From Macrostomum hystrix (taxonomy: Eukaryota > Animalia > Platyhelminthes), in contig CATNEN010000008.1 of the NCBI GenBank assembly GCA_950097015.1, positions 2,418,001 to 2,482,000 on the forward strand: a stretch of DNA of 64,000 nt, in the 5' to 3' direction. The position numbers were made by a program, and so were the translations under genes. This document shows positions 1 to 12,100 of this stretch, one piece after another. Positions within the stretch are counted from its first letter, which is position 1. The number at the start of each line of letters is the position of its first letter. The notes beneath the pieces were generated by a model. The model did no database searches and was not told where the DNA came from. It saw nothing but the letters and a program-made list of their open reading frames with translations.

Positions 1-23
1 CAGAAAAGGTAGTTTGGACCCAC

Positions 24-916
24 CTTAAACCGTGGCAGGTGCAGGTCAACCTCCTGCTCAATGGCGGAGCCAGCCAGTGTCAGAATGTCCTCCAGGCTGA
101 CAGCCTTGAGCGCAGCGCAGAGGCCGTGGCGCTCCTGCGGCAGCACGATGATCATGCTGCAGCTGCCGCCAGAGAACGGCAGCTGGACCAGCCGCAGGCC
201 GCGACCCTCAGCGAATGGAAACTGTTGAGTCTGCTGCATCATGCGCACAGGTGAGCGGTTGCCCTCCGCCGACTCGAACTGGCCATCGTAGGTGCTCTCC
301 GGGTTGAAGGTGTGCTTCCAGTCACCCTTGAAGTAGATGGCATTTACCAGCACTAGGCGGGTGTTGGAGTCCAGGCTGCCCCTGTCAAATGAAGGGTTCA
401 ATTAGCGTGAGCTTATTTTAGGTTGAGCACTTTGGCGTGCGAGCACAGTAACAGGTAGAGCTCTTACTCAACCAGCAGGTCCCGGATCTTGCTCTGGGTC
501 TGCTGCTCAACCCACTGGTTGATGGCCTGCCTGGCGGTCTCGCACTGCTGCTTGAAGTTCACACTGCCCAGCTCCGCTCCGTAGCCCTTGGCGAGGGTGC
601 CGCTGAACTCCGGCTCGATGGCGAAGGTTTGCTCGGCGAACAGCCGGTTGGCCACTGATAACTTGACGCCCTGGCGCCCGCTGTTCAGCGCCGAGATCAG
701 CCGGCCCATCTCGGAGTGGGGAGCCTTCAGCTGGCTCAAATTCAGACCGCGGGACAGCTCCACCTCCGTCTCGCCCTTGGCGCCGGCGAGGGTCATGGCG
801 AGGGCCACCTGTACAGAGGCTGGCGACAGGAAGACATTCTCCGAGGCGTGCTGGTCGATCACCTGGCTCAACAGGGACCACGCGAAGCGGGCCGCGCTCT
901 CAACTAGGCTAGACAT
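24..916 (-). CDS. Serpin (serine protease inhibitor), 5' part; gene continues off the window start
   Basis: Exons 916-468 (MSSLVESAARFAWSLL...ENVFLSPASVQVALAM...LSVANRLF...INQWVEQQTQSKIRDLL) and 381-24 (GSLDSNTRLVLVNAIYFKGDW...LPRFK). They are joined by a phase-2 GT-AG intron and carry the classic serpin motifs. The reactive-centre loop lies outside the window. Confidence 0.95.
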
Positions 917-2540
917 CTTCACTGCACTGCTGGGCTGCAAGTCAGAAATTATGATTCTCAATGGGACAGGCAGCAAGAGAAAACAACTGTTTCTGCAACT
1001 ACTTAAACTTAAACAACGACTGGTCCAGATTAGATATTGGGCCGACAAAAAACTGTCCAAGTCAAAGCGAACAGCCGCCCACCTCAGCGTTTTAGGTCTT
1101 GTGAAACAAGACAAGTGAGGGAGAGGAAGGGGGAGAGATAAAGATAAGCCAAACCCAGTCCGGGGGGTTTATGATGTTCAATGTACATTTGGAGCGAAAA
1201 TGAATGTACATAGACTGGGGACCTAACCTCACTTGTGCAAACACTGCTTTGGCCGGACCGGAGAGGCTCGCGGCGCCGATTAGTTACCCTTGGCCCTCTC
1301 CCCCAGAGTCTCCTCCATGACTTTGCACACATTGCTGGCTTGCAAAGACTTGCTCTCTTTGAATGTTTTCTTTTCGAACAATGCTCAGAGTCTCAGAAAA
1401 TTCTGATTAATTGTGGCTTAGATTTTTCATTAAAAAAAGACACGACTAAATAAGCCAGCTAAAGATTGTCATCTTTAGCTTTAAAAAAAAATTAACCCAG
1501 AAAAGCGCAAAACAGGGACAGCAGCAGTCAAGTAAATGTTTAATATGCGTAATGACTAGGCATCGGCATCGCAATCTCGGGTTCCCAGGATTTTATGATA
1601 TTCCCGGAATTTTAAAGCTAGTTTCCCGGCATGCTGTTCTACCTATTTTGGGATTAATTATTATATCCCATTATAATAATTATATTATATTATTTTTATT
1701 ATTCTGGGATTTGTTCTATGATGGGATTTTTCCTATAATACCGGGAATAGTCCCGACTTTCTCTATGAAAGTTTGATATAAGGCGCATTTGTTGTACAAA
1801 CGTTCACAATGCAACGATGATCGTTATTTTCATAATGAATAAATGCTTCCGTAAATTTGGCACATATACAAATGCTTAATTCGTAAATGCTAAAAACACA
1901 AAAGTTAATAAAATTTTTAAGAACTTTTTAAGTCTATCGTAAATACACACACAGTTAATTAATTTTAGTTTTATCAGAGCTTATATTTACTTGAAAATTA
2001 AAGGATACAAAATACTTCTATTATTGAAATCGCGTCATACAAAGAGGTAAAACAATTAACTAACTAAAAAGCAGTCAAATTGGAACGATTAAATTTAAGA
2101 CAGCTTCTAGTTACATATTAGCATTTTGGCGCGAATTTAAATTATTACAATTTAAGGCGATTGGGTCTAGTAATCTAGGATAAGTCAGAATAGGTTGCAA
2201 ACAGCTACAAATACTGGGTGCTTGAAGCTGAAGTATTAAATCAATAATTACTACTTATAGTTGACGCTTAGTCACTTTGTATCTGTACAGATAAACACTT
2301 TTTACATGGACAACGCGCATTGTTTAAAGAAATCACAGCGAATTCTAAATAGGAATTCAATACAGAGCATGGCATCGTGGCCGAACAATGCCAGCTCCGC
2401 TCAGCTAGGGTCGAAATTTGTCTACCAAATTCAATTGGTCGACGTCACGAATTTTCAATTTGCACTAAGATTTTTATAATACACCAAAATAATATGCCAA
2501 TCATGACCAAGTGAATTTGCTTAATGCGAGCCTATTCTCA

Positions 2541-3425
2541 TACCCCATCGACTCTACTGACGCACCAAGTGTCATTATTGATACCCCATCGACTCTACTG
2601 ACACACCAAGGGTCATTATTGATACCCCATCGACTCTACTGACGCACCAAGTGTCATTATTGATACCCCATCGACTCTACTGACACACCAAGGGTCATTA
2701 TTGATACCCCATCGACTCTACTGACACACCAAGTGTCATTATTGATACCCCCATCGACTCTACTGACACAACAAGTGTCATTATTGATACCCCATCGACT
2801 CTACTGACACACCAACTGTCATTATTGATACCCCATCGACTCTACTCACACACCAAGGGTCATTATTGATACCCCATCGACTCTACTGACACACCAAGTG
2901 TCATTATTGATACCCCATCGGCTCTACTGACACACCAAGTGTCATTATTGATACCCCATCGACTCTACTGACACACCAAGTGTCATTATTGATACCCCAT
3001 CGACTCTACTGAAACACCAAGTGTCATTATTAATACCCCATCGACTCTACTGACACACCAAGTGTCATTATTGATACCCCATCGACTCTACTGACACACC
3101 AACTGTCATTATTGATACCCCATCGACTCTACTCACACACCAAGGGTCATTATTGATACCCCATCGACTCTACTGACACACCAAGTGTCATTATTGATAC
3201 TCCATCGACTCTACTGACACACCAAGTGTCATTATTGATACCCCATCGACTCTACTGACACACCAAGTGTCATTATTGATACCCCATCGACTCTACTGAA
3301 ACACCAAGTGTCATTATTAATACCCCATCGACTCTACTGACACACCAACTGTCATTATTGATACCCCATCGACTCTACTGACACCCCATTGTCTGTCCTG
3401 ACACTACACCGACTCTACTGACACC
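2541..3425. repeat. 41-bp minisatellite, about 21 copies
   Basis: Unit ATACCCCATCGACTCTACTGACACACCAAGTGTCATTATTG in tandem, with no unique spacers. Confidence 0.95.
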
Positions 3426-3488
3426 ATGCAGAAAGTACAATGTAGCAAAATGGTTTTCGGATTTAAAGCGAATAGCAAATTTTTCTAA

Positions 3489-5880
3489 TCAAAACGTGGG
3501 AGAATCGGGCAGCTTCAAGTTCAACTTCATACTCTCACTGTCGCCCTCGCCCTGTGCGGTCCTGGGCGGCTTGGCCAACGACTCGGCGAGGGCCTCCAGC
3601 GCCGTTTGACTCTCAACAAAGCCGGCATCCGCGGCGGCCGCCAGTTCAACAGCCAGCTGGCCGCAGCGAAGCCTGTCAGCTGACCGCAGATCTCGCACTG
3701 TGTCGCAGCTGCCGTCCGCACTGCCGCCCCCGCCGCCGCCGCGCTGTGCAGTCAGATGAGTGCGACACACGGGCAGCACCTCCAATGGCAGGCACTCCAC
3801 GCTGCTGCGGTTGTTTTTACTGTCAGGATGCGAGTGCATTCGGATAGCAGTTGTGTCCGTCACCAGGGCCTGAGATTTTTATTGAGAGATATTGCGCTTT
3901 GTGTTTAAAAATATGCCATCAGACACAGCCATAGCTACAATCCCTATGCTCAGACACAGCCATAGCTACAATCCCTATGCTCAGACACAGCCTTAGCTAC
4001 AATCCCTATGCTCAGACACAGCCTTAGCTACAATCCCTATGCTCAGACACAGCCATAGCTACAATCCCTATGCTCAGACACAGCCATAGCTACAATCCCT
4101 ATGCTCAGACACAGCCTTAGCTACAATCCCTATGCTCAGACACAGCCATAGCTACAATCCCTATGCTCAGACACAGCCTTAGCTACAATCCCTATGCTCA
4201 GACACAGCATTAGCTACAATCCCTATGCTCAGACACAGCCTTAGCTACAATCCCTATGCTCAGACACAGCCTTAGCTACAATCCCTATGCTCAGACACAG
4301 CCTTAGCTACAATCTCTTTGCTCAGACACAGCCTTAGCTAAAATCTCTATGCTCAGACACAGCCATAGCTACAATCCCTATGCTCAGACACAGCCTTAGC
4401 TACAATCGCTATGCTCAGACACAGCCTTAGCTACAATCCCTATGCTCAGACACAGCCATAGCTACAATCCCTATGCTCAGACACAGCCTTAGCTACAATC
4501 CCTATGCTCAGACACAGCATTAGCTACAATCCCTATGCTCAGACACAGCCTTAGCTACAATCCCTATGCTCAGACACAGCCTTAGCTACAATCCCTATGC
4601 TCAGACACAGCCTTAGCTACAATCTCTATGCTCAGACACAGCCTTAGCTACAATCCCTATGCTCAGACACAGCCTTAGCTACAATCTCTATGCTCAGACA
4701 CAGCCATAGCTACAATCCCTATGCTCAGACACAGCCATAGCTACAATCCCTATGCTCAGACACAGCCTTAGCTACAATCCCTATGCTCAGACACAGCCTT
4801 AGCTACAATCCCTATGCTCAGACACAGCCTTAGCTACAATCCCTATGCTCAGACACAGCCTTAGCTACAATCCCTATGCTCAGACACAGCCTTAGCTACA
4901 ATCTCTATGCTCAGACACAGCCATAGCTACAATCCCTATGCTCAGACACAGCCTTAGCTACAATCCCTATGCTCAGACACAGCCTTAGCTACAATCCCTA
5001 TGCTCAGACACAGCCATAGCTACAATCCCTATGCTCAGACACAGCCTTAGCTACAATCCCTATGCTCAGACACAGCCTTAGCTACAATCCCTATGCTCAG
5101 ACACAGCCTTAGCTACAATCCCTATGCTCAGACACAGCCTTAGCTACAATCTCTATGCTCAGACACAGCCATAGCTACAATCCCTATGCTCAGACACAGC
5201 CTTAGCTACAATCCCTATGCTCAGACACAGCCTTAGCTACAATCTCTATGCTCAGACACAGCCTTAGCTACAATCTCTATGCTCAGACACAGCCTTAGCT
5301 ACAATCTCTATGCTCAGACACAGCCTTAGCTACAATCTCTATGCTCAGACACAGCCTTAGCTACAATCTCTATGCTCAGTGTCACCTGGGTGACGGGGTC
5401 CCTGGCGTGCTGCACCAGCACCAGCAGCAGGTCGGGCATGCCGAGCTCGTCGCACAGCCGTCTGTGAATGTGGGCCTCCTTGGCTGACAGCTGCGCCAGC
5501 TGCGGATGCTGCTCAGGCCGCAGGCTGTCGCCGATACGTCGCCGATACCAGCCAATGATGGCGGCGGCTTCGCAGCCAATAAAATCGGCTGCCGATCGAA
5601 CGGTTGAAGCGGCGCCGGCGACAGTTAGGCGAGGCAGCGGAACCAGAGACACAATGCGGTAGCGCCGCTTCGCAGTGGTAGCCGCCTCCGAGTGATCCGT
5701 GCGCACCACCTGCGATTCCAGATCCCGACTGCCCAATAGGAGGCCGTCTGGCGGGTCTAGCTGGGCGCACAGAGCCGCGAACTGTGGCGATGGGAATGTT
5801 ACAAAGCCAGCGGCTGTTGCTAAGCCTCCTCCTCCTCCGCCGTTGGTTGAATTGCCAAGTCGGCCGCTGTTGCTGGGCAT
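3489..5880 (-). CDS. ABRAXAS1: Abraxas-1-like (FAM175/BRCA1-A scaffold; MPN-minus domain, C-terminal SPTF), about 291 aa
   Basis: Exons 5880-5386 and 3869-3489, phase-0 intron (CAG|gtgaca...ctcag|GCC). Motifs DGLLLG, IIGWYRRR, EAHIHRRL and DLLLVLV match Abraxas EGFLLG, VVGWYKFR, ERLLHKNL and DLVFLLL as recalled. The protein ends ...DSPTF*, like human Abraxas ...RSPTF*. Confidence 0.8.
3919..5380. repeat. 31-bp minisatellite, about 47 copies, filling the Abraxas-like intron
   Basis: Unit AGACACAGCCTTAGCTACAATCCCTATGCTC. Confidence 0.97.
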
Positions 5881-6099
5881 GGCTTTGTGGCCTGAGTCAA
5901 TCACTTTCTCTAATTAAAGGTCGCTTTTTTAGATGCTTAAGAATGCTCAAAACTTATCGGACAGACTGGAATTATGGCGGTAATTTTGACTGTTTGAATC
6001 ATATTCGTTTCCGTAAACAAGCCAAATATGAACTAGAGCCATGTTAACTGCTGATCTGCGAAGATGTAGACACAATTTCTTTCGTCCTTCAGAACCATA

Positions 6100-6720
6100 G
6101 ACTCTAGTCTCTTCAGATCCCTGAGAATAGTCTCTTCAAATCCCTGAGTCTAGTCTCTTCAGATCCCTGAGTCTAGTCTCTTCAGATCCCTGAGTCCAGT
6201 CTCTTCAGATCCCTGAGTCTAGTCTCTTCAGATCCCTGAGTCTAGTCTCTTCAGATCCCTGAGTCTAGTCTCTTCAGATCCCTGAGTCTAGTCTCTTCAG
6301 ATCCATGAGTCTAGTCTCTTCAGATCCCTGAGTCCAGTCTCTTCAGATCCCTGAGTCTAGTCTCTTCAGATCCCTGAGTCTAGTCTCTTCAGATCCCTGA
6401 GACTAGTCTCTTCAAATCCCTGAGTCTAGTCTCTTCAGATCCCTGAGACTAGTCTCTTCAGATCCCTGAGTCTAGCATCTTCAGATCCCTGAGTCTAGTT
6501 TCGTCATATCTCTGAGTCTAGTCTCTTCAGATCCCTGAGTCTAGCATCTTCAGATCCCTGAGTCTAGCATCTTCAGATCTCTGAGTCTAGTTTCGTCATA
6601 TCTCTGAGTCTAGTCTCTTCAGATCCCTGAGTCTAGTCTCTTCAGATCCCTGAGTCTAGCATCTTCAGATCTCGGAGTCTAGCATCTTCAGATCCCTGAG
6701 TCTAGTCTCTTCAGATCCTT
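6100..6720. repeat. 23-bp minisatellite, about 27 copies
   Basis: Unit TCTAGTCTCTTCAGATCCCTGAG. Confidence 0.95.
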
Positions 6721-7289
6721 TCAGATAGTTTACCTCTCAGGTACCAGTCTATCCCTAGGGTCGCTTAGCCTAGTCTTCGGTACTTTTCTCTAATCTAGTT
6801 TGACCAGAAAAAAGTATTAGAAAAGAATATTTACTTTATAGTAAGAATTTAAGATCTACACAATATATCATAGGCAAGAACTTAAAGAGCTTTAAATACA
6901 AACATGAAAGCACAACTACAGAAAAGATATGATTATAAAAATGGGACAAAGTAAAATTTAATGGCAGTAACAAAAAATCAACTACTTACTACTCATCATT
7001 ATCACCTGCCTAGTAGTATTCAAAGTGAATACAAAACAAAACTTTTACGATAATAAAATTTCGATATTTTAAATGTCTGAATAAACTGAATTTAAATGTA
7101 AATCGAACAAAAAATCTCATATCAGACTACAATTATGATTTTTGATATGAGAATCCTATCATATCAAGATGAGATATTGAAAAAACAGGAATTGAAGTAA
7201 AAGAAGAAATGCAAAATTATGCAAAAATCAATGACAACGGCACTAAAAAATTCAATTGAATGAATTATGAAAATATTCTGACAGATCTA

Positions 7290-7745
7290 ATGTCTCTACT
7301 GACACTGGTATACTGACACCAGTCAGTAGACTGACTGCCTGACACCATAATGGCTCTCCTGATACCATAGTGTCTTGTCCTGACACTTCAGAATGTCTTC
7401 TAAAACTCAATAATGTCTGCTGACACTCCATGAATGTGTGCTGACACTCCATGAATGTCATCTGACACTCAATATAGTCTTCTGACACTCCATAAATGTC
7501 TTTTGACACTCTATGTCGTCTGACAGTGAATAAATAACTGCTGACACTTCATAAATGTCTTCTGACACTCCATAAATGTCTTCTGACACTCAATATTGTC
7601 TCCTGACACTTCATAAATGTCTTCTGACACTCTATGTCGTCTGACAGTCCATAAATGTCTGCTGACACTCCATACATGTCTGCTGACACTCTATGTCGTC
7701 TGACAGTCCATAAAGTCTTGACACTCCAATGCCTCTACTGACACC
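7290..7745. repeat. Degenerate 20-22 bp tandem repeat
   Basis: Recurrent CTGACACTCCATAAATGTCTT-like units. Confidence 0.75.
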
Positions 7746-7767
7746 CCAGCGTGAGTAGAGACTGGAA

Positions 7768-8611
7768 TCACAGATCCGGCCTCTTAACTTGCTGCCTAGC
7801 CATGTCAGCGCAGTGAGCCGGAGCCCCGGCGTCGTTGGCATCGTAGATCAAGCAGGAGGACCACATAAGTGCCGGCAGGAATGCTAGTAGGGCCAGAACA
7901 GCCAGCAGAGCCAGCATGCCAGCGGGGCTGCAGGCGGAACCGAACCGCGCCAGGCACAGCTGGGCAGCCAGCCAGGCAGTCACCAGTACCAGGCCGGCCG
8001 CCTCTCGGCCCTCTTCGTGAGCCAGCGGATTTCTCTTGTTGCCATGGAAACCGTTATTGTCAACAGGCAATAGAGCAGATTGAATTAGATAGGCTAGGCC
8101 GGCTAGACAGATGGCAGCGTGGGCTACCATTAGCCATCGAGCAGCGTTTGTGACTGAAAAATAGAATGTCTCTACGCTCGTACTTATAGTAGAAAAAGAC
8201 ACATTTTTTATTTAGCTATTTTAATACTAACTCACCTATAAGGGTTGGTTTCATCGAAAACGCCATCGCCAAAAGACAAGGAACAGTGTAGATTGGCTAA
8301 AATTAGAGATAAAAATTACAAAAAACTAACTACAAATGTGCACTGAATTAGCCTACTATCAGTAGAGGGAGAAGAGTGTAGAAACTCACAATCCAAACAA
8401 ACGGATCGGGATCATTGATTTGCACAGCTGCGCACATAAAGAACAAGCAGCCAGCTAGCAGATTCGAGACTCGCCAAGCCCAGAACTTCTTGCCGTTGCT
8501 GCCCAATGGCAGAGGCTGCTGCTGCTGCTGCTGATGAGTAAATTGAAGATTAATTGAACGCGAATCCGGAGCACTGGACGATGTTGACGAAGACGAATGA
8601 TGCCGAATCAT
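7768..8611 (-). CDS. TMEM220: Transmembrane protein 220 family, 222 aa
   Basis: Exons 8611-8390, 8296-8236 and 8153-7768 sum to 669 nt in frame. Motifs AAVQINDPDPFVWI, PIYTVP, HEEGREAAGLVLVTAW and PAHC match TMEM220 (VQVNDPD, VYTIP, EEEGRELSGLVIITAW, PTHC). Confidence 0.92.
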
Positions 8612-9104
8612 AGTTGATAAATCTGCAATATTTCAATTCAAAGCTCTGATTATTTTGAATCAGTTTTATAAAAGTTACAGTAAAAAATGAAGACTAAAAA
8701 CAAGCATTTAATTGTTTGCAAAGGTAAGCGGATGGACTGCAATTTATTTTTTAAAGATTTTTAAGCTTAACAAATCTTTTATTTAAATAATTTTAAAATA
8801 AATACACGCGATTGATATAAACATAAGTAAATAGCGACATTGGAGCCACGAAAATGCCTAACTGGCGAGACTAACACAGAAACGGATTAGTCGGAAAAGA
8901 AACTATACTTAAGCCATGCACCTGTCTAACAAATGCAACACTCGAAAAATACAAACTAAACATTTATAGCACCGTAAAAATAAACAAAATTAAACTGGTG
9001 GGAAAACAGCAGGAAAGGTTAAACAAATAATCATGTGCAATATAACAGAAATATTTTTCTACGTTCTTTCATTGTCATGAACTGTCCTTTCTGATAATCA
9101 CTTT

Positions 9105-12100
9105 GTCACTTGCTTTCCTCTCCCATCCTCTGCTTTCCTCTCCCATCCTCTGCTTTCCTCTCCCATCCTCTGCTTTCCTCTCCCATCCTCTGCTTTCCTC
9201 TCCCATCCTCTGCTTTCCTCTCCCATCCGCTGCTTTCCTCTCCAATCCTCTGCTTTCCTCTCCCATCCGCTGCTTTCCTCTCTCATCCTCTGCTTTCCTC
9301 TCCCATCCTCTGCTTTCCTCTCCCATCCTCTGCTTTCCTCTCCCATCCGCTGCTTTCCTCTCTCATCCTCTGCTTTCCTCTCCCATCCTCTGCTTTCCTC
9401 TCCCATCCTCTGCTTTCCACTCCCATCCTCTGCTTTCCTCTCCCATCCTCTGCTTTCCTCTCCCATCCGCTGCTTTCCTCTCCAATCCTCTGCTTTCCTC
9501 TCCCATCCGCTGCTTTCCTCTCTCATCCTCTGCTTTCCTCTCCCATCCTCTGCTTTCCTCTCCCATCCTCTGCTTTCCTCTCCCATCCGCTGCTTTCCTC
9601 TCTCATCCTCTGCTTTCCTCTCCCATCCTCTGCTTTCCTCTCCCATCCTCTGCTTTCCACTCCCATCCTCTGCTTTCCTCTCCCATCCTCTGCTTTCCTC
9701 TCCAATCCTCTGCTTTCCTCTCCCATCCTCTGCTTCCCACTCCCATCCTCTGCTTTCCACTCCCATCCTTTCCACTCCCATCAGTTGCTTTCCTCTGCCA
9801 TCCTCTGCTTTCCACTCCCATCAGTTGCTTTCCACTCCCATCCTCTGCTTTCCTCTCTCATCCTCTGCTTTCCTCTCCCATCCGCTGCTTTCCTCTCCAA
9901 TCCTCTGCTTTCCTCTCTCATCCTCTGCTTTCCTCTCCCATCCTCTGCTTTCCTCTCCCATCCTCTGCTTTCCACTCCCATCCTCTGCTTTCCTCTCCCA
10001 TCCTCTGCTTTCCTCTCCAATCCTCTGCTTTCCTCTCCCATCCTCTGCTTTCCTCTCCAATCCTCTGCTTTCCACTCCCATCCTCTGCTTTCCTCTCCCA
10101 TCCTCTGCTTTCCACTCCCATCCTCTGCTTTCCACTCCCATCCTCTGCTTTCCTCTCCCATCCTCTGCTTTCCTCTCCCATCCTCTGCTTTCCTCTCCCA
10201 TCCTCTGCTTTCCTCTCCCATCCTCTGCTTCCCACTCCCATCCTCTACTTTCCTCTCCCATCCTCTGCTTCCCACTCCCATCCTCTGCTTTCCACTCCCA
10301 TCCTTTCCACTCCCATCAGTTGCTTTCCTCTGCCATCCTCTGCTTTCCAGTCCCATCAGTTGCTTTCCACTCCCATCCTCTGCTTTCCTCTCTCATCCTC
10401 TGCTTTCCTCTCCCATCCGCTGCTTTCCTCTCCAATCCTCTGCTTTCCTCTCCCATCCGCTGCTTTCCTCTCTCATCCTCTGCTTTCCTCTCCCATCCTC
10501 TGCTTTCCACTCCCATCCTCTGCTTTCCTCTCCCATCCTCTGCTTTCCTCTCCCATCCTCTGCTTTCCTCTCCCATCCTCTGCTTTCCACTCCCATCCTC
10601 TGCTTTCCTCTCCCATCCTCTGCTTTCCTCTCCCATCCTCTGCTTTCCACTCCCATCCTCTGCTTTCCTCTCCCATCCTCTGCTTTCCTCTCCCATCCTC
10701 TGCTTTCCACTCTCATCCTCTGCTTTCCTCTCCCATCCTCTGCTTTCCACTCTCATCCTCTGCTTTCCTCTCCCATCCTCTGCTTTCCTCTCCCATCCTC
10801 TGCCTTCCTCACACATCCTCTGCTTTTCTCTCCCACCCTCTGCTTTCCTCTCCCATCCTCTGCTTTCCTCTCCCATCCTCTGCTTTCCACTCCCATCCTC
10901 TGCTTTCCTCTCCCATCCTCTGCTTTCCTCTCCCATCCGCTGCTTTCCTCTCCAATCCTCTGCTTTCCTCTCCCATCCGCTGCTTTCCTCTCTCATCCTC
11001 TGCTTTCCTCTCTCATCCTCTGCTTTCCACTCCCATCCTCTGCTTTTCTCTCCCATCCTCTGCTTTCCTCTCCCATCCTCTGCTTTCCACTCCCATCCTC
11101 TGCTTTCCTCTCCCATCCGCTGCTTTCCTCTCTCATCCTCTGCTTTCCACTCCCATCCTCTGCTTTCCTCTTCCATCCTCTGCCTTCCTCACACATCCTC
11201 TGCTTTTCTCTCCCACCCTCTGCTTTCCTCTCCCATCCTCTGCTTTCCTCTCCCATCCTCTGCTTTCCACTCCCATCCTCTGCTTTCCTCTCCCATCCTC
11301 TGCTTTCCTCTCCCATCCTCTGCTTTCCACTCCCATCCTCTGCTTTCCTCTCCCATCCTCTGCTTTCCTCTCCCATCCTCTGCTTTCCACTCTCATCCTC
11401 TGCTTTCCTCTCCCATCCTCTGCTTTCCACTCTCATCCTCTGCTTTCCTCTCCCATCCTCTGCTTTCCTCTCCCATCCTCTGCTTTCCTCTCCCATCCGC
11501 TGCTTTCCTCTCTCATCCTCTGCTTTCCTCTCCCATCCTCTGCTTTCCTCTCCCATCCTCTGCTTTCCACTCCCATCCTCTGCTTTCCTCTCCCATCCTC
11601 TGCTTTCCTCTCCCATCCGCTGCTTTCCTCTCCAATCCTCTGCTTTCCTCTCCCATCCGCTGCTTTCCTCTCTCATCCTCTGCTTTCCACTCCCATCCTC
11701 TGCTTTTCTCTCCCATCCTCTGCTTTCCTCTCCCATCCTCTGCTTTCCTCTCCCATCCTCTGCTTTCCTCTCTCATCCTCTGCTTTCCACTCCCATCCTC
11801 TGCTTTCCTCTTCCATCCTCTGCCTTCCTCACACATCCTCTGCTTTTCTCTCCCACCCTCTGCTTTCCTCTCCCATCCTCTGCTTCCCACTCCCATCCTC
11901 TACTTTCCTCTCCCATCCTCTGCTTCCCACTCCCATCCTCTGCTTCCCACTCCCATCAGTTGCTTTCCTCTCCCATCCTCTGCTTCCCACTCTCATCCTC
12001 TGCTTTCCTCTCTCATCCTCTGCTTCCCACTCTCATCCTCTGCTTTCCTCTCCCATCCTCTGCTTCCCACTCTCATCCTCTGCTTTCCTCTCTCATCCTC

